From a virus, in the IMG/VR virus record IMGVR_UViG_3300037247_000847, positions 1-64,000 of that record: a stretch of DNA of 64,000 nucleotides, one strand, 5' to 3'. Every line of letters begins with the position of its first letter. Positions within the stretch are counted from its first letter, which is position 1. A program made the translations under genes and the position numbers. The notes beneath the pieces are model-generated. The model was not told where the DNA came from and did no database searches. It saw only the letters and a program-made list of their open reading frames with translations. Shown one piece after another: positions 1-6,769 of the stretch.

Positions 1-167
1 GGTGCCTTCTTGTACTTGTCTATATATGGGTAGACCGCACGTGCTATGTCCCCGTAGATGCCCTCAAAAGATGCTGCTGGGAGTGCATTTCGTATAATGC
101 ATGCACTATCATTGTGCATACAGAGGAGTGTCAAAAGTGACTCCTGCATCGTTTGCGAAAGATCCAT
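1..167 (-). CDS. 5' part of a CDS running off the window edge (MDLSQTMQESLLTLLC...), possibly the N-terminus of a replicative helicase
   Basis: ATG at 167 overlaps the upstream stop (TAATG) and the frame stays open to position 1; product is a guess from position only. Confidence 0.4.
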   Translation of the reverse strand, partial: MDLSQTMQESLLTLLCMHNDSACIIRNALPAASFEGIYGDIARAVYPYIDKYKKA

Positions 168-1450
168 TAGAGTTTCTGCCCCCATTGATTTACAATCTGG
201 TTAAAAGCCTCGACTGGATCGGAGTTGTTTAACATAAGCACAGATTGAAGATCAGCAGCCGGTATAGGATTACTCATTTTCGTAGCAAGAATAGAAGCCA
301 GCTCAGACTCGTCTGGAAAAAAGTTTAGGAACAGACGTCCCATTTCTATTGGATCCAAAGGTTCAATACTCTCGTGCATATCAACACGACCAGGGCGGAT
401 AAGTGCTGCATCTAGTCTATCTGGATAGTTAGTAGTCATGATTAACAAACGACCATCTTTACTGATTACTCCATCTATTCCGTTTAGTAGCCCACTCATA
501 GTGGTCATATTAGTTTTGTTAGGTCCATCCTTCTCGTCTCCCACCTTTAGCTTACTCTCTATCTTAACCTCTCTAGCTCTACCCGCAATATCTACGTCCT
601 CAATGAGTAAAACTCCGTTTACAGGTACTGTGCATATTGCGGAGAATAGCTTGCTATCAGTCCACATATCACCAAGATTGAGAACGTAGATGGGGCGACA
701 AAAATAGCTGGCTAACGCTAATACTAAGGAGGTCTTCCCGCAGCCTGGGGGTCCAGAGAACAGATAACCTCGGCGATATGGCACTCCCCGTTCTCGGTAC
801 CAGTCTGCTGCACCAAAGAACCAATTAGCATCGCGCAGAATGCGTTCTGTTTGCTCCTTTGGAAGGACTACAGAGCTCATTTTCCTGGGTAGTTTAGAGG
901 ATACCCGCTGCCAGTAGTCCTCACTATATAGGAAAATGTCGATCTTATCCTCTTGCTTGCGTAGCTGACTAGCCTCCATCAGTAACTCTCGTATTAGAAA
1001 AGAACTTCTCCCTAGCACGCGAACCTCGATTTGCTCCCGTCTCTTAGAGGAATATTTTGACTCATCACCATCTGAAACTGTTCTTTCAAGCCACAGAGGT
1101 TGTCCTTTGTACCAGAGAAGGTGACCACCAAGTCCTGGTGATAATGACCATTTTCCCTTATTTTTAGAGTCGTCTGTATCAATACCCCAAAAAGTAGTTA
1201 ACCTGAGCCGGCGACTCTTTTGTGCGTAGGGGTGTATCGCGAGCCATTCGTTTATCCAGTCAAATGCATCGTCCTCATTATATACTATCAAGTGACAAGT
1301 GTATTGGAAGATAAAAGTTTTCCATATTTTATTAGGCAATGATCTTAATAGGTAAAGACCGGACATGAATACGGAGCCACCAATGATACCAGCAAAGATA
1401 TCATTATTGGTAAACTGTAGATGTATCCACGTGGTAATCTCTTCAATCAT
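167..1450 (-). CDS. BCS1-like AAA+ ATPase with N-terminal membrane anchor
   Basis: N-terminal hydrophobic segment, WYRERGVPYRRGYLFSGPPGCGKTS Walker A, LLIEDVD Walker B, MSGLLNGIDG and MTTNYPDRLDAALIRPGRVD second region of homology. Confidence 0.9.
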   Translation of the reverse strand: MIEEITTWIHLQFTNNDIFAGIIGGSVFMSGLYLLRSLPNKIWKTFIFQYTCHLIVYNEDDAFDWINEWLAIHPYAQKSRRLRLTTFWGIDTDDSKNKGKWSLSPGLGGHLLWYKGQPLWLERTVSDGDESKYSSKRREQIEVRVLGRSSFLIRELLMEASQLRKQEDKIDIFLYSEDYWQRVSSKLPRKMSSVVLPKEQTERILRDANWFFGAADWYRERGVPYRRGYLFSGPPGCGKTSLVLALASYFCRPIYVLNLGDMWTDSKLFSAICTVPVNGVLLIEDVDIAGRAREVKIESKLKVGDEKDGPNKTNMTTMSGLLNGIDGVISKDGRLLIMTTNYPDRLDAALIRPGRVDMHESIEPLDPIEMGRLFLNFFPDESELASILATKMSNPIPAADLQSVLMLNNSDPVEAFNQIVNQWGQKL

Positions 1451-1992
1451 AACATTTCTTCCTCATCCGATGTGGCACTTGCATTACCTAAACTCAGTAT
1501 TACAGGCATTAATCCTGCTTGTAGATATCCGGGGAATTGTTGGTGTAGTAACGCAGGACAGTTTTGAAGTTGTGCTACGACTGTCTTTATACCAACAGGT
1601 ACATTCTCAAGATTGTGGATGTAGTCTATCGTAATAAGCACAACGATGTGGTAAAATTTGGTGCGTTGTGGAAGCCTAGCTCGTGGTTTGATTTGGCTCA
1701 AGAGTTTGTCAACCACAACCCAACTAGATTTCAAGTCGTGGTATAACTTAGGTGGTAAATAAGACGCGCTCTTCGGGAGTTTCTTACCAACTACTTCCCG
1801 CATGGTCTCGGTGAGTACACCATAGAATAGGAGGAACTTTTCGTCCTCTTCGTGAATGCTCTTAGACCGAGAACTTGGTTCGTCTACCCCCAACGTGGTG
1901 CAGGCTGCTCTAATTCTCCCACGCTCTTTGTCGGAAAGATTAGCAACAGCCATAAGAATATCGTTGACTTTGAGTCGTTTTGATTTTGTCAT
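1447..1992 (-). CDS. hypothetical protein
   Basis: 181-aa ORF coupled to the downstream ATPase (ATGA overlap). Confidence 0.7.
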   Translation of the reverse strand: MTKSKRLKVNDILMAVANLSDKERGRIRAACTTLGVDEPSSRSKSIHEEDEKFLLFYGVLTETMREVVGKKLPKSASYLPPKLYHDLKSSWVVVDKLLSQIKPRARLPQRTKFYHIVVLITIDYIHNLENVPVGIKTVVAQLQNCPALLHQQFPGYLQAGLMPVILSLGNASATSDEEEML

Positions 1993-2048
1993 AGCCTTAT
2001 AAAAGAGACTAAGGTGGGGACGCCAACACTTCCCTGGCTGACGCCCCC

Positions 2049-2124
2049 TGGTTTAGATGACTGGAATTGAACCAGCTACATCCTGCTACAAGGCAGGTGC
2101 TCTATCCAAATGAGCTACATCTGG
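2049..2124 (-). tRNA. atypical or pseudo tRNA, Thr(UGU)-like, with 6-nt anticodon loop and unpaired top of acceptor stem
   Basis: Minus strand CCAGATG TA GCTC ATTTGGATA GAGC A CCTGC CTTGTA GCAGG ATGTA GCTGG TTCAATT CCAGT CATCTAA A CCA; D and T arms canonical, CCA encoded, C1/A72 and C2/A71 mismatched. Confidence 0.7.
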
Positions 2125-2167
2125 TATCGCTCCATCAATCGGAAGCCAACACACCTTGAAACTGAGT

Positions 2168-2245
2168 AATGACCGCTCTACCACTGAGCTACTCCGCCAT
2201 AGAGTATTGGAGGCGGGGGTTGGATTCGAACCAACGTCTGTCATT
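2168..2245 (-). ncRNA. circularly permuted tRNA-like module (YrlA Y-RNA-like)
   Basis: Minus strand order is ATGAC-AGAC-T arm (GTTGG TTCGAAT CCAAC)-CCCCGCC T CCA-9-nt linker-GGCGGAG TA-D arm (GCTC AGTGGTA GAGC)-G-GTCAT, i.e. 3' half before 5' half, open at the anticodon. Confidence 0.85.
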
Positions 2246-2353
2246 TGATTTGGCATGTCCTATCCAATCGAGTTTCGCGGTTACTGACACTTAGGGGACA
2301 AAACAGAGACTTGTAGCTGGGTTGGCGCTATGCGACTTCCCGATGCTACGTTT

Positions 2354-2382
2354 ACTGACACTGAGACTGCCACTGACACTGG
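2354..2382 (-). repeat. tandem 6-nt-period CAGTNN repeats (further copy at 2283-2291)
   Basis: Plus strand ACTGAC ACTGAG ACTGCC ACTGAC ACTGG. Confidence 0.75.
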
Positions 2383-2400
2383 CCCCTATGGACAAACGAA

Positions 2401-3156
2401 TTACCCCAAGATATAATCAATGATAGTCTTACCAACACGAAGATCGACAACCTCCGCTTCGTTGGCTCTCTGACGTGCCTGCTTTACGGCGCGCAAGATA
2501 GTATCAACACGGCCAATCAAGTCGGACTTTTCGGCAGGGCTTATCATGCCACTCCAAACCTGATCGCTGATCGTTCCGCACGGCTTGTCTACGGTCCAGG
2601 TATCAACCTGCGCTGGGAATTCCTTGGTCGGTTGAACGATGACCTTAGATTCCTTGATCTTCTCCGTCTTGAAACGCTTACGTGGTTCGGCGATCTTGTA
2701 CACATGACCAGCGCGGTCCTCATCGCGTACCCAGATAATACCTGGTTGGAGGGTAGGTATCGCCTCACACATGGTCCTGAACTGTCTCAAACGACTCTCC
2801 AAACCCAGTAGAAGAGTTCCGGGCAGAGCGGCAATCAGCACGTTACCATCTACTACCAAGTCGGCTCGTGCTTCTTGATTGGTGCGCTCCTTACGGGAGA
2901 TAGCGTCGTAGTATTTGACGAGATGCTTTCCGACATAGGAAAGTTTGTCACCAACCGTCGTTACCATAGCTTTGTGATCGGTGGTATTCTCGTCTTGACG
3001 CTCCTCATTGTGCATCCGCAATGAGCTGAGTTGCTCAATGAAATGCTCTGCCTTCTTGCTGAAGGTCTGAATTGCCTCCTCGATGACTTTAGTCGCCGTG
3101 TTTTGTAGATCACCTTCAACAGCGATGATCTCGTGAAGCTTCGTAGGTTTTGCCAT
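2401..3156 (-). CDS. conserved helical/coiled-coil protein of unknown function (resembles DUF7873-type proteins)
   Basis: KLHEIIAVE...NQEARADLVVDG...LLGLE...PAQV...WSGMISP...AVKQARQRAN pattern recalled from phage and actinobacterial proteins; GAGG SD. Confidence 0.7.
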   Translation of the reverse strand: MAKPTKLHEIIAVEGDLQNTATKVIEEAIQTFSKKAEHFIEQLSSLRMHNEERQDENTTDHKAMVTTVGDKLSYVGKHLVKYYDAISRKERTNQEARADLVVDGNVLIAALPGTLLLGLESRLRQFRTMCEAIPTLQPGIIWVRDEDRAGHVYKIAEPRKRFKTEKIKESKVIVQPTKEFPAQVDTWTVDKPCGTISDQVWSGMISPAEKSDLIGRVDTILRAVKQARQRANEAEVVDLRVGKTIIDYILG

Positions 3157-3179
3157 TTCGGCCTCCTTTTCCTCGCTAC

Positions 3180-3192
3180 TTACCTATACAGC
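3180..3192 (-). promoter_or_regulatory. candidate phage promoter element GCTGTATAGGTAA (copy 1)
   Basis: Identical 13-mer at 3811-3823; both copies are intergenic and just upstream of minus-strand ribosome-binding sites. Confidence 0.45.
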
Positions 3193-3194
3193 GG

Positions 3195-3590
3195 CTATTT
3201 TTTATTCCAGGGTTTGAAGTTCTTTAGGTTCTCAATAGATGGCCATACTCCGGTGAAAGTGATTGCTCGGTCGTCGATGGTGACGAGAGCTGGTGGCTTC
3301 TCAGTAGGCCATTCGATCTCAGTAAACCAAGGTGGGTCTTGCATGATAATATCTGATTCGACAGCAATGATGTTATCACCAAGCCACGTCCGCATTGCAA
3401 CTTGTCCACCCGGTTGATTACTCCGGCTGGAAAAGATCATGACACGAAAATGCTTGACTACTTCACGCAAGAAGTCAATTGCTCCTGGCACAGGTGGATC
3501 AGAAATTATTCCGGCACCTTGCCAACCACTCGTGTAGCTGTGTATCACACCATCAAAGTCTAAACACAGAATTGGCTTACTCATGATCAT
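3195..3590 (-). CDS. HAD-superfamily phosphatase/nucleotidase-like protein
   Basis: LCLDFDGVI motif I, FSSR motif II, K...IDDRA motifs III/IV. Confidence 0.8.
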   Translation of the reverse strand: MIMSKPILCLDFDGVIHSYTSGWQGAGIISDPPVPGAIDFLREVVKHFRVMIFSSRSNQPGGQVAMRTWLGDNIIAVESDIIMQDPPWFTEIEWPTEKPPALVTIDDRAITFTGVWPSIENLKNFKPWNKK

Positions 3591-3774
3591 TTACTTGGTT
3601 TGTAGCCCAATCTGATAAATTGGCTGCCATAGTGTTCTGGTCAATTGTCTTCTCTTGATCTTTTCCATTCTCATCTATTGCGGTCCACCCAGAGAACCAC
3701 TCGGCGATCTCTATCATCTCGTCATACGTTAGCGCCTGAACCATTTTGGCGATCTTTCTAATTCGCTCACTCAT
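3577..3774 (-). CDS. hypothetical protein
   Basis: ORF with start placed at MSERIRK after a GGAG SD. Confidence 0.6.
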   Translation of the reverse strand: MSERIRKIAKMVQALTYDEMIEIAEWFSGWTAIDENGKDQEKTIDQNTMAANLSDWATNQVNDHE

Positions 3775-3810
3775 CTTTCTGTCTCCTTCCAACTAGAATT
3801 TTTCCTACAT

Positions 3811-3823
3811 TTACCTATACAGC
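3811..3823 (-). promoter_or_regulatory. candidate phage promoter element GCTGTATAGGTAA (copy 2)
   Basis: Identical to 3180-3192. Confidence 0.45.
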
Positions 3824-3835
3824 TACACCCAAAGT

Positions 3836-3992
3836 CCCCTCTCCCTCGCGCGGGCGTACACAGGCAGGCAGGCGCGCTATGTGTGGCTGGGTGTGCACGC
3901 GCTCACACACCCTCCCCCCTTCAGGGGAGAGGAGGGTGGTGTGTAGGCGCACTCGTGACGCCTGCGCGCATGTACACGTAAGGGAGAACTAA
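3836..3992. other. GC-rich imperfect palindrome with alternating purine-pyrimidine tracts; candidate replication origin
   Basis: Non-coding; CACACACCCTCC...GGAGGGTGGTGTG inverted arms, many GCGC/ACAC/GTGT runs. Confidence 0.4.
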
Positions 3993-4029
3993 ACTTTTAC
4001 TCTTACCTGAGACTTAGTCTGATGTAGGC

Positions 4030-4072
4030 AAAAAGAAAGGGCTGTAGTGAGGGGAGACCACTACAACCCTTT
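4030..4072 (-). terminator. intrinsic terminator
   Basis: Minus strand AAAGGGTTGTAGTGG TCTCCCC TCACTACAGCCCTTT followed by CTTTTT. Confidence 0.8.
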
Positions 4073-4081
4073 AAGTTTCTC

Positions 4082-4198
4082 TAGGAGGAGATAGGACGGT
4101 TTCTAGTTATTGATTTTCACTGCCGTCCCAACAGTATCACCTCAATGATACTCTCAAGACAGCAACAAAGTTTATCTCCTCAGATAAATCTCCTCCTA
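4082..4198 (-). ncRNA. candidate multibranched structured RNA closed by an SD/anti-SD helix
   Basis: Perfect 11-bp inverted repeat TAGGAGGAGAT/ATCTCCTCCTA enclosing three hairpins (GGACGG/CCGTCC, GTATCA/TGATAC, TTATCT/AGATAA). Confidence 0.5.
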
Positions 4199-4218
4199 CC
4201 TTGTTTTACACCAGAGGA

Positions 4219-4287
4219 TTATAAAAAGATAAGTATTAATATAATCCAACTGAGAAGACTTAGAAGTATCGCATCAGATGTTTTCAT
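4219..4287 (-). CDS. 22-aa hydrophobic peptide MKTSDAILLSLLSWIILILIFL (not in the ORF track)
   Basis: TAAGGAGG SD 5 nt before ATG at 4287; one transmembrane-length hydrophobic run. Confidence 0.55.
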   Translation of the reverse strand: MKTSDAILLSLLSWIILILIFL

Positions 4288-4297
4288 GATGACCTCC

Positions 4298-4807
4298 TTA
4301 TTCTGATTTTGATAACTCTCTCAGTAACCTCGAAACAACTGCCTCTACGTACATAGTGATGCCTGTGTTCTTGCTTTCTCTATTTCCAGCGACATTAAGT
4401 ATCTCAATGTTGTTCCTTTTTATCCACTTCACCAACCCTGAAATTTCTCGGATAGGTGATCTACGGTTCTCTATACTATATCGGATCCTTTTTATTGGAC
4501 GCTTGTGCCTACGACACAGCTGAAAGGTAAGTCTTGCCCCCGGTGAATTGGTGCTACCAAACCACAAGGTACCGTCGCTACCTAAAACATTACGCTTGGT
4601 GCGGGGAGGATAGGTTGGGGACTTGGTCTCCTTAAGTTTGTATTGTTTACCAAGTATCTTTTTAGGACCAGCCTCAGTACGGAAACCTTTAGGAGCCCAC
4701 CCTCCTGTCTCGATGCCTGGTGCAGTGTACGCACCAAACAAACCACCCATGTCTGCTCCGGTTTGACCTCCGGAAATGACTTTCTTTATCATAACTACTT
4801 CTCCCAT
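4298..4807 (-). CDS. SLOG-family (putative molybdenum-carrier/DprA-like) nucleotide-binding protein
   Basis: KVISGGQTGAD, GGWAPKGFRTE, YPPRTKRNV..SDGTL, LNVAGNRES motifs. Confidence 0.85.
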   Translation of the reverse strand: MGEVVMIKKVISGGQTGADMGGLFGAYTAPGIETGGWAPKGFRTEAGPKKILGKQYKLKETKSPTYPPRTKRNVLGSDGTLWFGSTNSPGARLTFQLCRRHKRPIKRIRYSIENRRSPIREISGLVKWIKRNNIEILNVAGNRESKNTGITMYVEAVVSRLLRELSKSE

Positions 4808-4986
4808 AATTTTCGCTCTTCTCGTCGTTCCTTCTCAACTTTGGCTGTCCACTTTGGCTTTTCCTTTTCCCACTCCTGCAAGAATAGTATACGTTGACGA
4901 GCAATATCACGATTCCGTTCACGTAAGTTACGTACCCATTCTGGTACTAAATGATCCGGCACGTTAGAGTAATCCCTAATACTCAT
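4795..4986 (-). CDS. hypothetical protein
   Basis: 63-aa ORF with AGGAG SD, in operon order. Confidence 0.6.
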   Translation of the reverse strand: MSIRDYSNVPDHLVPEWVRNLRERNRDIARQRILFLQEWEKEKPKWTAKVEKERREERKLWEK

Positions 4987-4987
4987 A

Positions 4988-5236
4988 TCACTCTCCTATG
5001 ACTATCTTTTCAGTTGGAAACGCAGAATTAGGAACATACGCGTGTTCGTGATCTACGGTGTGATAACGTAAGACCGCTGCATCGTCTTTAAATGTAATCC
5101 AGCTTTTTACTGCAGGATAAACGGTCTTGCCACATTCTGGGCAGTGATTAGGTAATCTAGGATTTATCCAACAGAGTTGATGACCACAACACTCCATTAC
5201 AATTAAGCGAAATGGTATTCGTTCGATTACTTTCAT
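4988..5236 (-). CDS. small zinc-ribbon-like protein
   Basis: CCGH...CPECG; AGGAGGA SD; preceded by HHR1. Confidence 0.75.
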   Translation of the reverse strand: MKVIERIPFRLIVMECCGHQLCWINPRLPNHCPECGKTVYPAVKSWITFKDDAAVLRYHTVDHEHAYVPNSAFPTEKIVIGE

Positions 5237-5248
5237 AATCTCCTCCTA

Positions 5249-5317
5249 TTGGTTTATCTCATCAGTACTAGAATAACCAATTCTAGTAGACCAAGACTAC
5301 CTGTCTTGGTTTCGATA
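5249..5317 (-). ncRNA. type II hammerhead ribozyme HHR1
   Basis: TATC GAAA CCAAGAC aggta GTCTTG GTC^ TACTAGAA ttggtta TTCTAGTA CTGATGA GATA AACCAA; loop I pairs with the 3' tail; predicted cut 5289^5288. Confidence 0.95.
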
Positions 5318-5321
5318 CGGT

Positions 5322-5414
5322 TAGACCTATTTTAGGACCGCCTCCAAGGCCTGCAGACGAGGATTTGACCCTTCAAGGGTAAAAACCCTACCTAATTTAG
5401 TTTCGTTGGTCTAC
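5322..5414 (-). repeat. dispersed ~93-bp repeat, copy A
   Basis: Reverse complement matches 63133-63225 with 2 mismatches and 35711-35782 partially; contains the ACCCTTGAAGGGT palindrome. Confidence 0.9.
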
Positions 5415-5437
5415 AGACGGTCCTAGCCTGGTTTCGG

Positions 5438-5596
5438 TTATTTCTTCTTTTTACCTCTCATCAATCTCTCGTGCTCCCGCTGGAGCTTGTCGATCGCCTT
5501 TCGTTTTTGTGTAGCTTCATCCTTGACCCGACTACGATACCTCTTGTCGATCTTTGTCCAGAAGCGACGTTTGGCCTTGGTTTGTGCGGCGGTCAT
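5438..5596 (-). CDS. 52-aa basic protein MTAAQTKAKRRFW... (not in the ORF track)
   Basis: ATG overlaps the stop of the upstream ORF (ATGA); open to TAA at 5438. Confidence 0.55.
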   Translation of the reverse strand: MTAAQTKAKRRFWTKIDKRYRSRVKDEATQKRKAIDKLQREHERLMRGKKKK

Positions 5597-5865
5597 AATG
5601 TTTTATTCACTTCTTCAGCCTTTTTAAGTGCGTCAGCGTGTTCGCTCTCGACTGAGATACGGATTGCATTTAGCACTTCACCCACTGTCAATGTAGGCAG
5701 ATCGGCGATCATATCGATCGCACCTACGACTGCAGTAAGGGTTAGAATGTCGGCCTCGGGTTGCGGGACGTTATGGTACTCAGTGAGTTCGTGTGCCGCG
5801 CCTCGGATGCAGAGACGCACGGCCCCTTGTAACTCGTTGAGGATATGGTTATAGATTGGTAGCAT
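5593..5865 (-). CDS. hypothetical protein
   Basis: AGGAGGAG SD, preceded by HHR2. Confidence 0.75.
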   Translation of the reverse strand: MLPIYNHILNELQGAVRLCIRGAAHELTEYHNVPQPEADILTLTAVVGAIDMIADLPTLTVGEVLNAIRISVESEHADALKKAEEVNKTL

Positions 5866-5884
5866 TTTGATCTCCTCCTATATT

Positions 5885-5964
5885 TGAGATACCTCATCAG
5901 GCTGTAGTCTCTCATACTACAGCGACCACATATCAAGTAATACAACTTGATATGTGGTTTCGGC
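5885..5964 (-). ncRNA. type II hammerhead ribozyme HHR2
   Basis: GCC GAAA CCACATATCAAGT..ACTTGATATGTG GTC^ GCTGTAGT atgagag ACTACAGC CTGATGA GGT aTCTCA; cut 5924^5923. Confidence 0.93.
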
Positions 5965-6360
5965 TCAATCATGGGTAAATAGATCGTGTAGACGACGACG
6001 TAGTCTTTTCATTTTGCGTTTATTTGCTGCTTCCAGCCTCTTTTTAGTAGAGGGACTTAGTCTCTTTCTACGTGCCCTCCTATCTTGTTTCTCGTTGAAT
6101 ATCCTCCGACTTTTTGTGGTCCATGGAAGATGATTTGGACGTTTAGGTTTGTTGCTAACTACAGGTTCCTGTTCTACCCACTTTTTGGCACGACCCTTCC
6201 GCTTTTTTAGTCTAGGACCTTTTTTGATTAGCTTGCGAGGTCCTTTACCTCTTGGCCGTTTGATGGGTTTGACTTCAGCAGTGGTTTTGACACCATCAGC
6301 GATAGCTGGAGGACAATTCTTTACCTTAGTCTTTTTGGAGCGGGTGGACTTCTTAACCAT
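5965..6360 (-). CDS. very Lys/Arg-rich basic protein
   Basis: 131-aa ORF with AGGAGAGG SD; composition suggests nucleic-acid binding. Confidence 0.7.
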   Translation of the reverse strand: MVKKSTRSKKTKVKNCPPAIADGVKTTAEVKPIKRPRGKGPRKLIKKGPRLKKRKGRAKKWVEQEPVVSNKPKRPNHLPWTTKSRRIFNEKQDRRARRKRLSPSTKKRLEAANKRKMKRLRRRLHDLFTHD

Positions 6361-6377
6361 TTTCCCTCTCCTGATTT

Positions 6378-6686
6378 CTAAAGTTTTTCGATTAGAGTGA
6401 TGGGTGTAACGACGGCACCAAGTCCGGTAGCAACCTTAGTGATGGTTTCTTCTTGCTCACGTGGGCAGCGAATAAGAAGTGTGGATTGTTTTAAACCACC
6501 CATCCGCCGAAGGATCCCTTCAGCAGCAATCTTTGTCCAGTAAGGACAAGGCATGCCTCTAAGCCAATTAGATATCGAAGCTATATCCACGCCAAAAGCT
6601 TCGGCGATCTGCTGGGTAGTAAGACCAGTATCGCGAAGTTTTTGTAGATGCATGTTGGACTCAGCCTTCTTGTGGGTCTTAGTCAT
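6378..6686 (-). CDS. XRE/Cro-like helix-turn-helix protein
   Basis: GLTTQQIAEAFGVDIASISNWLRG HTH; preceded by HHR3. Confidence 0.8.
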   Translation of the reverse strand: MTKTHKKAESNMHLQKLRDTGLTTQQIAEAFGVDIASISNWLRGMPCPYWTKIAAEGILRRMGGLKQSTLLIRCPREQEETITKVATGLGAVVTPITLIEKL

Positions 6687-6700
6687 AATCTCCTCCTATG

Positions 6701-6768
6701 TGACTTGTCATCATCAGATACTAAGTAGTCATCTTAGTGTGACCAAGACTACCTGTCTTGGTTTCGAC
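6701..6768 (-). ncRNA. type II hammerhead ribozyme HHR3 (extra U after A9, one C-A mismatch in stem I)
   Basis: GTC GAAA CCAAGAC aggta GTCTTG GTC^ ACACTAAG atgacta CTTAGTAT CTGATGA t GAC aAGTCA; cut 6741^6740. Confidence 0.88.
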
Positions 6769-6769
6769 T

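Noticed and set aside
2168-2245. Two-piece (permuted) tmRNA
   Set aside because: It has a paired D stem, C3-G70 rather than G3-U70, a U discriminator, and no tag reading frame follows
4082-4198. Hammerhead using CUGAGGA and a downstream GAAA
   Set aside because: No stem II joins the two motifs and CUGAGGA lies inside its own hairpin
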